Below are positions 24,140 through 36,454 of a stretch of DNA of 64,000 nucleotides, piece by piece. A model generated the notes under the pieces. It saw only the letters and a list, made by a program, of their open reading frames with translations. It had not been told where the DNA came from and made no database searches. The stretch comes from Octopus sinensis (Eukaryota). The position numbers were made by a program, and so were the translations under genes. The DNA lies in contig NC_042997.1 of the NCBI RefSeq assembly GCF_006345805.1, positions 204,786,001 to 204,850,000 of the forward strand, read 5' to 3'. The first letter of the stretch is position 1, and each line of letters begins with the position of its first letter.

Positions 24140-24409
24140 TTTACAGTACAGCAGTGCAAATGGTGGTACCCTAGTATGGCCACAACTCATGAGCTGAAAC
24201 TAGTTTCAATTCAATCCAATTCAATATATGCTCCATTTAAAGTGACTAAACCTAAACAATTGTTTACATTTAGTTGCTTTAAATGGAGTATATATCATTG
24301 TAAATAATATATGATTATAGTTATTATTAAAAAGGACCTATGTGTGTCACTGTTCTCCGTAATTTACAGCCTTCAGGTTTGTTTACAAATTTGTAAATAT
24401 ATATCTATA

Positions 24410-24553
24410 TATATCATAGAAATGGGGAAGGCTGGTTAATGGGATTACCTTAGATTTCCCATCCATAAAGGGCTTACACTGTCAAGCTAAACCCTTTATG
24501 GACAGGAAACCTAAGGTAATTCCATAAACTGGCCTTCCCCATTTTTAATATAT
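24410..24553. repeat. Imperfect inverted repeat (MITE-like), arms about 55 bp
   Basis: AAATGGGGAAGGC...CCATAAAGGG and CCCTTTATGG...GCCTTCCCCATTT, 7 mismatches, 19-bp spacer. Confidence 0.8.
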
Positions 24554-25039
24554 ACTGCTCTGCATCTTAGAGTGTGCTTCTTCTTTCAGATTTACGTTTT
24601 CTACAATCCTCCTCCTCCTCATCATCATCATCATCATTGTCGTTGTCATCGTCGTTGTCGTCGTCATCATCATCATCACCATCATCATCATCATCGTTCA
24701 ACATCCGCTTTCCATGCTGGCGTGGGTTGGACGGTTTGACTGAGGACTAGCAAACCAAATGGCTGTCTCAGGCTCCAATCTGATCTGGCAGTGTTTCTAC
24801 AGCTGGATGCCCTTCCTAACACCAACCACTCCGAGAGTGTAATGGGTGCTTTTTACATGCCACCAGCATGGGAGCCAGTCAGGGGGTACTGGCATCGGCC
24901 ACATTCGGATGGTACTTTTTACATGCCACCGGCATGGGAGCCAAACAATATATATATGTATATATTAAATATGAAGTGCATATATTGTTGTACTTCAGCT
25001 TGATATAGTGTGAATATGTTGTATATTAGATAGATATGT

Positions 25040-25400
25040 ACATTATTTACATTTGATGGATACTTGTTCTCATCTTGTTTGTTGTTAACACAGCATTTTG
25101 GCTGTTATACCCTCCAGCCTTCAAGTGTCTTGGGAAAATTTTGAACCTGGGTTCTCATTCCCAAGGTATTTTTCGATATTATTATTATTATTATTATTAT
25201 TTTTATTATTCAGGCCACTGCTTGGAATTGAACTTGGAATCTTGGGGTTAGTAGCCCGTGCTCTTAACCACTACACCATATGCCCGTGGGCACCTGATGA
25301 AAACTGGAAGGTATAGCAGCCAAAACGTTGAGGACAAATAGCCATCAAATGTAAATAATGTAAATAATGTACATAATTCCTCATCTCTTAAATATAGAAC
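25040..25400 (-). mobile_element. tRNA-headed element with Penelope-type hammerhead-like tail and an inverted copy of that tail
   Basis: tRNA-like head 25285-25213 (TGGTGTAGTGG, AGTTCAATTCC). Tail 25127-25040 on minus, inverted tail from 25291 on plus. Confidence 0.7.
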
Positions 25401-25875
25401 TAGATAGATATGGTTGGGTTTAATGCTAGATAGGGGTGGGCATATTATATAACCTTAGTTAACATAGTGTGGGTATCTTACCTTTCTTCCAATCAGTAGC
25501 AGTCCCTTATTCAAGTATATTATGGATAACAGTTTTATATAGTCTTGTAAGAAGTAAATGCTTAATTGTTACTGGCAATTATTGATTTCTGAATCATTGA
25601 ATTCATTAACTGACATCATTAATATTCCAGCTGGCTGCTTTTGAGATACGGCGGCGGAGGTGGTGATGGTGGTGGTGGTGGTGGTGGTGAAGTTGAAGGG
25701 AAATTGCCATCGTTTAACAATGAGGATTTAGTTGTCAACTGATTTTGGCCAACTAAACTCTCTCCTCTTGAATTAGCATCTAAGTGGCTGAGTATTCCAA
25801 CAGAGATATGGTCCCTTAATGTAACTCTCAAGCAGAATCAGCATGACCACAGTGTGTGAGGTGGTCATATCTCTT

Positions 25876-26085
25876 GCAGCCTCGCCTGGCACCTGTGCCG
25901 GTGGCACGTAAAAAGCACCCACTACACTCACGGAGTGGTTGGCGTTAGGAAGGGCATCCAGCCATAGAAACACTGCCAGATCAGACTGGAGCCTGATGAG
26001 GCCTTCCGGCTTCCCAGACCCCAGTCGAACTGTCCAACCCATGCTAGCATGGAAAACGGACGTTAAATGATGATGATGATGATGA
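25876..26085 (+). mobile_element. Young 5'-truncated RTE 3' end
   Basis: High identity to 12447-12660. Confidence 0.92.
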
Positions 26086-26387
26086 CTCCAATCAGTGAGT
26101 GTCTCTACATTTTACATCTACCTGTTTTACTCACAGTGTATGGATCACACCTACATTATAAAAAATTACATTTGCTTAAAACACCATGTAGTGGGATTGA
26201 ACCAGTGACTTTATGGAATTTTTAAATATGATTTTGTCTCAAATAAAGCTTGAGGCCTTTGTAGAGTAAAAGACTAGAAACAATGAGAAGAAGGGACCTA
26301 CAAATTGAAAAAATGTTGATTGACAGAAAGCTTAAACCTTTAGAATTCCCATTATTCTGTCAAATGTAATATATATTTATTCACAAT

Positions 26388-27500
26388 CATCATCATCATC
26401 ATCATTTAACGTCCGTTGTCCATGCTGGCATGGGTTGGATGGTTTGACTGGGCTGGCATGCTGGAAGGCTACACAAGGATCCAGTCTGATTTGGCGTAGT
26501 TTTCTATGGCTGGATGCCCTTCCTAACACCAACCACTCCGAGAGTGTAATGGGTGCTTTTACATGCCACCAGCATAGATGCTATTTGCACAACACTGGTA
26601 TCTGCCACAACTGCGATTTTGCTCGGCTTGATGGGTCTTCTCAAGCACGACATAATGGCAAAGGTCTTGGTCATTGCCTCTGTGAGGCCCAACACTTGAA
26701 AGGTGCTCGGCCACTTTGCCTCCATATGGCTCAATGCTTGAAAGGAACTCAACCAGCTCACCTCCGTGAGGCCCATTCAAAAAGAACCCAGCCACCTTGT
26801 CTCCATAAGGCCCAACACGCAAAAGGAACTCAGCCACTTTTCCTCCATGCAACCCAGGAGCTTGGCCACTTTGCCTCCATGAGGCCCAATGCTCGAAGGG
26901 AACTCAGCCACCTCACCTCCGTGAGGCCCAAGGCTTGAAAGGAACTCAGCCACCTTGCCTCCATGAGGCCCAACACTTGAAAAGTACTCAGTCACTTTGC
27001 CTCTGTCAAGCCCAATGCTTGAAAGGTACTCAGTCACTTTGCCTTCATGAGGCCTGACATTCAAAGGCTGATTTTTTTTTACATGCCACCAGCACAGGTA
27101 CACTTGGCTTGATCGGTCCTCTTAAGCAGAGCACATTGCCAATGTTCTCAGTCACTAGTCATTGCCTCTATGCGGTTCAAATTTCGAAGGTTATGCTTCA
27201 CCACTTCATCCCATGTCTTCCTGGGTCTACCTCTACCACAAGTCCCCTCTACAGTTAGAAATCAGCACTTCTTTACACAACTGTCCTTGTCCATACACAT
27301 CCCATGACCATACCAGTGCAGTCATCTCTCTTGCACACCACATCTGATTCCTCTCATGTTTAACTTTCCTTTCCAAGATGCTAACACTCTGTCAAACATG
27401 CACACTGACATTGCACATCCAGCGAAGCATACTGGCTTCATTTCTCTCAAGCTTACACATGTACCTGGCTGTCATAGCCCATGTTTCACGGCCATGCAGC
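26388..27500 (-). mobile_element. Older RTE 3' fragment (ORF end and 3' UTR containing a minisatellite)
   Basis: Reverse-strand ORF C-terminus (RGRPRKTW-like) at about 27100-27500 and a (GAT)n tail at about 26390. Confidence 0.85.
26671..27066. repeat. Minisatellite, unit about 42 bp x about 9, inside an RTE 3' UTR
   Basis: Unit approx. CCACTTTGCCTCCATGAGGCCCAACACTTGAAAGGAACTCAG. Units are contiguous, with no spacers. Confidence 0.9.
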
Positions 27501-28946
27501 AGGGAAGAATATTTTGGAAGAATGCTAAAGTGTTAAAGAACTGAATATCAAAGTCAAGAGGAAAATAAGATGATGGTAGTGAGTTTCAGAGAGTAGCCAT
27601 TTCAGGAAAGATGTTAAGTTATTAGAATAAAAGGGATGATGACAAACAGGAAGCCGTTTGGCCATATTGTGCATACTTTCAGGTGTAAAAGTCTTTGCAT
27701 ATATTGTCCAAGAGATAATAGAAATGATAAGCATGATTGGTCCTCTCTTGATGATGTTGTTTAACATCGGGTCACCCATGACCTTGCTGACCCACGTCCA
27801 AAGCTGTGGCCATCTTATGTTTTAAGGGTATGTTAGACTACATCATCCTCTTCATCCTTTCTTTATTTCGAATGGTAGGGTGTTATTTGAGGTAGATGTG
27901 GCTGCTATTTCTAGCAGACCAAGCAGCCAATGAGAGGCTCTCACATTGGCTCCTTCGATGTGAACGGTGAAACTTGTCGATACATATCTCAAATTTAATC
28001 TATTTAGCTTCACAACTGTTTGGATAAACAATTACAATTAATTGACGAAATAGAGAAATATCCTGACAGCAGATCTATTTTGAATTTGCTGGGGAGATGT
28101 TGCGGATGTGATGAGGATTAAAACTGGTCAATGATCTCAGTTTCATATCATTAATTTAACAGTTATGTCACCCTTTGTAAACAAAAGACCTGAGCTACTT
28201 TAGAGCTGCTTTGATCTTTCATAGCTAACTGTCAAATATTAGGACATAGCACGGGTAATACAACAGGATGTATGGAGTGTTATGTAAATCTGAATAATTC
28301 TTTGTAAGTTTAAACACAAGGTGAGCAATTTCAAAGGTAGAGGAAGTTGATTTCTTTGGCCCCAGTGTCCAACTGGTACTTCCTAAAAGAAAGGACACAA
28401 AAATAGGGACAAATTTCAATTTTAAAGCCAAAATGTTGAGTAAAAAATATAAAACAATTTTTTTAAATCATACTCATACATACATACATACATACATACA
28501 TACATACATACATACATACATACATACATACATACAGGCATACATGCATGCATACACACACATACACACATACACACATACATACATACATACATAAACA
28601 TACATACACATACATACACATATGCTCTCACACACATACATATAAATACGTACTCACACACACACACAGATTGGTGGCTCGTCAACAGGTATCAGCACCT
28701 ATCTCATTAACTGTCTATCTCTTGTAATTACTTTGATACCACGCTTGCAATGATACATAATACATGCATACAGAAATACAATACACACACACATACCCAC
28801 ACACAGGCATACACATCTGCGCACATGCACACACACACACACATCATGAACTTTCCTGTCATTGACAACAGACGAGGTTTCTACAATTTCTTACTCAACA
28901 ACCTGCTCAGATGATTTGTTTCCAGAGGTCAAATGTTTGTGCTTTT

Positions 28947-29250
28947 AAGTCTATAGCAAGTATGTTGCGAGTGAAAGAACCTGTTTAATCGAGAATGTAA
29001 TAAAGGAGAAAGCAAAGTCTTCAGTGTGAGTATGTGGTTTGTGGGGTCAACCGCGTCCTCCGCTTCATTTTTTGTTATTCACTCATTCTCATTTAATTGT
29101 ATATATTTTAATTGTTTGTTTATTCATACATTTCGTCTCATTCGATACCCTGACCCCAATGTTTGTTTTGTCTGTCCTTGTATCGTCCCCTCTTTTTCCC
29201 AACCTTATGGTGAATAAAGAAATTCTCTCTCTCTCTTTCTCTCTCTCTCT
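28947..29250 (+). mobile_element. 3' end of a Tx1/L1-like LINE, (TC)n tail
   Basis: Nearly identical to 59762-60045. AATAAA just before the TC repeat. Confidence 0.85.
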
Positions 29251-29689
29251 TTTTCCTTCTCTCTCTCTCCATCAAACTGATATTGCCTCATCCAAAAGAT
29301 GAAAGGCCAAAGTCAGTCTAGGCATCATTTGAACTCAGAATGTAAAATTGGAAGTAAAATGGAAAACAAAAAAAAAATGCTGCTAAACAACTTGTGTGGA
29401 ATGTTACCTATTCTGCCAGCTTGCTGCCCTACACAGGTATAGCTGTGTGCTTAGGAAGCATGCTTCCCAACCTTGTGGCCTTCAGTTCAGTTAGCAAAAC
29501 TGAGATTCGTAATATAGATTGTTTGCCAACATAACATGGCAGTCCTGGGATAGGGCATATGTTGCAGTAATTTAGCCCCAGGAGACATTGTCTCCAGCTG
29601 GCTATACGACACGATCTGTGTCCTTATATTTTGGAACAAGCGAATCTAGAACCCCCACTCAGCTCAAAACAATATCTGTGTATCACAAA

Positions 29690-29920
29690 TAGATTGAGAA
29701 TGCCCAAACCAGTGACAGTACACAAAGAGCCCCTAAGGTACACTGAGGCTTTTAACTATCTTGGCAGTGCCGTGACTTCTGACTTTGAGAAACATCTATG
29801 GAACTGCGGTGACATCACCTGCAGTGCAAAGATAAAGGTGTACAGTGCTGCTGTGCTCTCTTGCTTCTTCTATGCCATGGAATGCATGACCCTCAACTGC
29901 AGACACATGAAGGCCCTGAT
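29690..29920 (+). mobile_element. RTE-BovB-like LINE fragment
   Basis: FNYLGS and KIKVYSAAVLSCFFYAMECMTL. Confidence 0.7.
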
Positions 29921-30134
29921 GTGAGTCTAATTTTGCTATTTGTGCTCAATCTGGCACACAAATGGGATTGAAACAGTGGACCACCTAATCTCTGGGTGTA
30001 AGGTTTTAGCACCTGTAGAGTAGAAATCAAGACATGACAGATTTGGTTAATGTCTACAGTGGATAATGTGTCAGCATTATAAAATCTAAAATGCTGATAA
30101 ATGATACAAGCACCACCCTGAGGTTGTAAGTGAG

Positions 30135-30513
30135 GGAGAAAATGTAACAATTCTTTGAGATTTCCCAGTATGTACAGACCGAACTATCAAATCAAATAAA
30201 CCAGATATTGTTGTGAAAGACCAAGACAATAAAGTCTGTTTATTGATTGATATGAACATACTCTGTGACCATAATATTTCAGGAAAAAGAATTTGATAAG
30301 CTCAGAAAATATAAAGATTTGCTCATTGAAATCGAAAAGATGTGGCATCTCAAGACATTTACAATACCAGTGATTGTAAGAGCACTTGGAATGATCAAAA
30401 AAGGAACTGAAAATTATTTAAGAATGATCCCTGGCTTACTATCCGTGCAGGAAATGTTAAAGATTGTCTTAATTGGTACATCACACATACTGAGAAGAGT
30501 ATTATCATTGTGA
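30135..30513 (+). mobile_element. R4/Dong-like LINE restriction-like endonuclease C-terminus
   Basis: TDRTIKSNKPDIVVKD, LLIDM, KLRKYKDLLIEIEKMW, IPVIVRALG, GTSHILRRVL*. Confidence 0.9.
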
Positions 30514-30699
30514 ATTTTCTTTCCTTTTTCCCTTTTATTTTCTTTGTTTACTTTTTTATTATCTATTTTTTCACTTTTCTCTTTGTCTTGCTTCCCTTTT
30601 TTCTCTATCACATGACTTTGTAAATGAACAATCTGGTATGTTTATTTTAATGGTCTGCCATTTTATACAGTGCATTTATCTGCCCTAGGTGCCAGGAAT

Positions 30700-31775
30700 A
30701 CAGCAAGAAATGGAAGCAGAATTGAAAGTAGATATAGACTCCTATGTAGGTAATAAGGAAAAACGTTTATTAAGGGCTGCTGGAGTCACAGCAAGACAGG
30801 GAAGCCAAAAAAACCAAACGCAATTAAAAACCAGAAAAAAGAACAAAAGTTATCTGACTGGCAGGAGAAGGCATTGCATGGTAGATTTCCAAAGATAGTT
30901 GCAGCAAATAGTAGTAGTGAGACATGGTTATGTTTGCTTAAAGGATGGCTATATAGAGAGACAGAAAGTTTGTTAGTAGCAGCACAAGATCAAGCATTAG
31001 TGACTAATTGTATATAAGCCAAGATAGACCAAAACAAAGTAGATTTCCAATGTAGGTTATGCAAATCAAAAGAAGAAAGTGTTACTCATACAGTAAGTGA
31101 ATGTAGCAGAAAGAATACAAGAAAAGACATGACAAATTAGGGAGTTATGTAGAAAGCTATCTTTTGGCCATATTGATAAATGGTATGAAAATAAACCTAG
31201 TAAAGTACTAGAAAATAAGAAATATAAGATGTGAGATTTTAACATTCAGACTGACAGAGTAATAGAAGCTAGAAGGCTTGATTTAGTAGTAGTAGATAAA
31301 GAGACTAGAAAGTGCCAGATAATTGACTTTATAGTCCCAAATGATGAAGAAATCAATATGAGGAGTATAGAAAAATAGCAAAATACCAGAACCTAGGCAT
31401 TGAATTACAGAGACTATGGCAGGTAAAATGTATCCCAGTAGTTATAGGTGTACTAGGAACTATCCTAAAGATTTGAACAGATAGATAGAGGAAATAGGCA
31501 TAAAACCCAGTTTAGTACAGCTCCAGAAAACAGTGTTATTAGGAACAGCTAGAATACTTTGGAGGAGTCTTGACAGCTAAAGTTACTTGTGGCCCAATGT
31601 TAGGATTTTTCTTTTCCAACAGTAGCCAGAAGAATCAGGAAAGTATTAGATATTTGAAAAGAACAGATAGCATGGTACCATTGGCTGCAGGCATCAAGCT
31701 CATTATGTATGCAAGACTTGAGGAGTTCCAACAAAACCTGAGATAAAAAAAAAATAAATAATAATAATAATAATA

Positions 31776-31856
<81 letters not shown>

Positions 31857-31864
31857 TAATAATA

Positions 31865-31924
<60 letters not shown>

Positions 31925-31926
31925 TG

Positions 31927-31975
<49 letters not shown>
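30700..31975 (+). mobile_element. Decayed R4/Dong-like LINE 3' region with long (TAA)n tail (31750-31975)
   Basis: WQEKALHGRF, ETESLLVAAQDQAL, CCHC knuckle CRLCKSKEESVTHTVSEC, TDRVIEARRLDLVVVD, LQKTVLLGTARIL. Confidence 0.9.
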
Positions 31976-31976
<1 letters not shown>

Positions 31977-32879
31977 CCATTCTATTAAAGGCACAAGGCC
32001 TGAAATTTGGCGGAGAGGGGACTAGTTGATTACATCAACCTCAGCGTTTCACTGGTACTTAATTTATCGACCCCAAAGAATACTCTGCAGAGCTTCTACT
32101 GAAGGTTTGCCTCTTAGGGACAGGAAAGATTATCAAAAGGGTTTTAAGCACTTGAAAGACTATTGAAAGCTTGTGGATACCTAAGGTTACAAGTAATAAC
32201 TTGCTACCCACATAAATTCTACCAGGAGTAAGATTGAACCTGGGTCAAATCAATCAATCAATAATAATAATAATAATAATTATAAGGAATAAGATTGAAC
32301 TTGAGCCAAACCAAAATAATAATAACAATAATAATGAAAAACCTTGGTAATTCTCAAATCATATCTAAACTGCCATTTAATTTATATTTTTTACCATTTA
32401 ATCAAGGAGGGAAGAACAATGCCTGAGACCCTTTATTTTTTTTTGATCAAAATTAGTGACAATTGAAGGTAGTTATCCTCAACCTAGTAAACTGGCCTAA
32501 ATTATTTGAAACAGAACAAACTGCCAAAAGTACCCGAGGGGCAGATGAAGTATAATTGGTTGATAGATTAAACCCACCACACAAGAACTTAGAAAATAGT
32601 GTTGGAACAAATACCACAGGTATCCCATTTGATGCCTTGACAATTTCTGCCAACCTGTTGTTTTGGAGTGGTTGTTTATGTTATTGATACCAAGGAGGAT
32701 GAAAGATAAAGTTGGCTTCACAACGGACTGAGACAAGTGATAAGATGCTAGAGATTCTGTGCTAGAGAAGAGCAGTGTAACGCATGCTTCTTCTTTCTTT
32801 ATGTCTTTAACCCTCCAACGTGGAGTATGGGCCACTTATAGTTGAATTCCATGTCGCATAATTTTTCGCTTCTGTACTT

Positions 32880-33237
32880 ATACTCTTCCATGAATGTCCC
32901 CCTTTCTCTAGTTCCTTTTGTGTTGATCTCCGCCACGAGTTCTTAGGCCTACCTCTCCTTCTATATCCATCCGGTTTCCACTGTAAAGCACTTTTCGCTA
33001 CATTTGCTGTGTCTTTTCTAATTGTGCTTCAACAATTGTGCTCCCACCAATCCACTTCCACTTTTTCTTAAATATTTGCTCCCTGATCAAAACTTGATTT
33101 TTTTCTTTGCCATAGCTCCATATTGCTTTATGTGTTGGGGCCATCTAATTTTAAGTATATTACGCAAGCATCTGTTGATGAATGATTGTATTTGCTTATT
33201 TGACTCATTTGACTTAACTGTTGTTCGCCATGTCTCT
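32880..33237 (-). mobile_element. RTE-type LINE C-terminal fragment (different family)
   Basis: ETWRTT..FINRCLRNILKIRWP, then decayed WIGH and RGRP-like motifs. Confidence 0.75.
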
Positions 33238-33369
33238 TAACTTACAAGGATGGAAAAAAAAAAAAATTAAAATGATGACAACAACACAGATGATGACAAT
33301 ATAAATGTTTCACCAGGTATCATTTCGGGGAAACATAAACTTCACTGTATTTATCAAAGTGGTCAAGGA

Positions 33370-34415
33370 GATAGCACAGCTCAGTATGCAGAAAAGGTGT
33401 TTGGGAGAGACTGCATACATTGTATCCAGTACAAGCTATGGACACATAAGAGGTGCAGCAGTATCACTGATAGACTAACAAAGAAAGTAGCCTTTATGAG
33501 TGGAAGATGTGCAGCTACATTAAACACAAGGAATGTACAAAAAATAGGCTCCCTCAAATGTCAGTGGGAACCCTTAGAAGTAGTCGACAGTTTCGGTTAA
33601 TTAGGTGACCTAGTTAGCAGTGGTGGAGGTTGTTCTAGCTGCTAGAATAAGAATAGGCTGGGTAAAGTTAATAGAGCTATTTCCTCCGTTAGTAATGAAG
33701 TACCTCTCCCTTAGAGTGAAAGGCAGATTGTATGATTCCTGTGTATGAACAGCTATGCTACATGGCAGTGGAACATGGGTTGTGACTGCTGAGAACATGT
33801 GAAGGTTTGAAAGAAATGAAGCCACTATGCTTCACTGGATGGGTTATGTCAGTGTGGATATACAACAGAGTCTAAGTGATTTGAGAGAAAAACTGGGTAT
33901 ACAAGGCATCAGATGTAGTGTACTAGAGAGAAGACTGCATTGATATGGTCATGTATTGTGTATGAATGAAAACAGTTGCATCAAAAGGTGCCAATCTCTA
34001 ATTGTGGAGGAAGCATGTGGAAGGGGTAGACCCAGGAAGACATGGGACAAAGTGGTGAGAAAGGATCTTCAGATGTTGGACCTCACAGAGGGGATAATAA
34101 GGGACCAAGACTCCTGGCAGTTTGCTGTGCTTGAGAAGACGCATCAAACTAAATATGTGGTCATCCTTGCATAGATGCCTGCCCCCTGCATCCCCCTTCA
34201 GCTGATCATTTCTAATCTTGCAGGCTCATGGGTACCATGTGAAAAGCACCCATGCAGATGCTATTTAAAAGTACCCAGTACACTCTGTAAAGTGGTTTGC
34301 ATCAGGAAGGGCATTCAGCCATAAAAACTATGCCAAAACAGACACGGAGCCTGGACAGCTCCTGTCAAACTGTCCAACCCATACTAGCATGGAAAACACA
34401 TCAAATGACGATGAT
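33370..34415 (+). mobile_element. Decayed RTE 3' fragment of the PHD-bearing family
   Basis: CIQYKLWTHKRC, LEVVDSF, HGSGTW, GRGRPRKTW, followed by 3' UTR remnants. Confidence 0.9.
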
Positions 34416-34720
34416 GTTTGTGTTGGCAATGGAGGTCATCCTGAAGGCAGCATTGGGATGGTCAGCTCCAACAGAACTTTGAGAGGGATTTCAGATGCTA
34501 CCTCTAAAAGCCTTCATGGATAACAGTACAATCCTTTCTACATGCAGGATGATAAAAGAGTTGGATGAAGTAGTTACATCTCCTAGAATGTGGTTCAAGC
34601 CAACGAAATACCAGATCCTCTCTCAAGGGAAATAGTCATGTTCCCTGTAGCCAACCAAAATATTCTTACTACCAATAAGAGAATCTCTAAGGAGATATAG
34701 AACTTTGTATGCACAGTTAA
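34415..34720 (+). mobile_element. R2-superfamily (Hero-like) RT fragment
   Basis: FVLAMEVILKAA, LKAFMDNSTIL, ELDEVV..RMWFKP. Family assignment is from memory of the motif. Confidence 0.6.
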
Positions 34721-36169
34721 GCACAAAAATTCAGCATCCTTTAAAAAAGGATAGAATTTATTTACTGAGTGACATCTACACGAAATATAATAGTTAAGTT
34801 AGTGTCAACATATTCAATGTAGTAAGTAACAAGATACCTAATTAGAAGCACTTGTATGTAAGAAGAAGATAGAATAAGATGAATGACCAGGTAACGTTGT
34901 GGGACTTATTGTGAAGCACAACAATATGGCTGTAGTATTAAGGTGTCAACTTCAAGCCAAGGGATGATAAAGATGATGTTAAGGATTATAAGATAAAATG
35001 TGATTGCATAAATAGGTAAACCTCTTTGAATAAACAGTTTGATGAGATCAGATGTTTTTTTCCATTTAATCTCATTTGATTAAGATCTCAAATACTAATT
35101 TGTGTGGGACATGTTTAATGATACACACGATTCTCAATCAATAATGTCTAACTAAAGGAGGCTGGAAAATTAAAAAGATAATGAATATGTTTAATTGATA
35201 GCACAATAATCTAAAAAAATTGATATTCTTAGCCATGAGAAGAAATGTCATCGCAAATAGCACCTTTAATAACAACAAAGGAAAAAGCATGTTTGAACAG
35301 AGAATAAATGAACATATTTAAAATCGAGACCCAAAAGATATTCTATGGTTTCATTTATAGCTTAAAGAATTACTTCTTGATGAGGTTAACGACTAACTAT
35401 AGTAGTTCATGGCTTACTTTTTGATGATGGTAACCTTTTGCGGCAAGCACACCAGGCGAGCTCACCAGGCGAAATGCGTAGCTGTATTTTGTCTGCCATT
35501 ACGTTCTGAGTTCAAATTCTGCCAAGGTCAACTTTGCCTTTCATCCTTTCGGGGTCGATAAATTAAGGACCAGTTACACACTGGTGTCGATATAATCTAC
35601 TTAATCCGTCTGTCTGTCCTTGTTTGTCCTCTCTGAGTTTAGCCCCTTTCTTCAGGTTTACATTTGTTTGGGGGTTAGGGTATTGCACTCACGACTACTA
35701 GAACATGGTTGGTATGCTGTGTTCTTGAGCAAAACACTTCAATTCATGTTGTTCCAGTTCACTCTGCTGTAAATGGGGTAACCCTGCTATGGAATAGATC
35801 AGGGGGAATGATGACCTGCTCCCCAGGCCAGTGGGGGTGGCATCATTCGAAAGCTAAAACAATGTGAAGTACACTGTGACTAGCAATGTATGATGACATG
35901 TGATAGTCTGGTTGATACTGTAGTACCGTGATATTGGTATTATGAAAGTTGCTAGAATAATGATGAAGTATTTGGATAAAAAAACATACTACACTACGTG
36001 GTTTAACATCACCACTGCCATCAACCCCACCACCATCACTGTCATAAAGACCCCCTTCGGTCAGCCTCCTGGCTTGCCAGTCCTCAGTCAAACCATCCAA
36101 CCCATGTCAGCTTGGAAAGCAGACGTTAAACAATGATGATTACGATGACGACGATGATGATGATGATGA

Positions 36170-36216
<47 letters not shown>

Positions 36217-36416
36217 CACACACATATACACACACCACACACACACACATATATATAATAATTACCAAATATATACGTTTAATTTATTATTTTGCACATT
36301 ACTTAATCATCGTTATATGTTTTATCTTATATTTAATCTTTCTATAATATGCAATTTTCTGGATGGTATAATTTAATTTTTCATTATTGAATTGATAAAA
36401 GGTGGGTTTTTTTCTA

Positions 36417-36454
<38 letters not shown>

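Noticed and set aside
26671-27066. CRISPR-like array
   Set aside because: Units are contiguous and diverged with no unique spacers, no cas genes are present, and the context is a eukaryotic LINE UTR.
31600-31994. Poly-Tyr/Ile/Leu ORFs (also poly-Thr/Tyr at 58.0-58.27 kb)
   Set aside because: They arise from (TAA)n and (TAC)n repeats.
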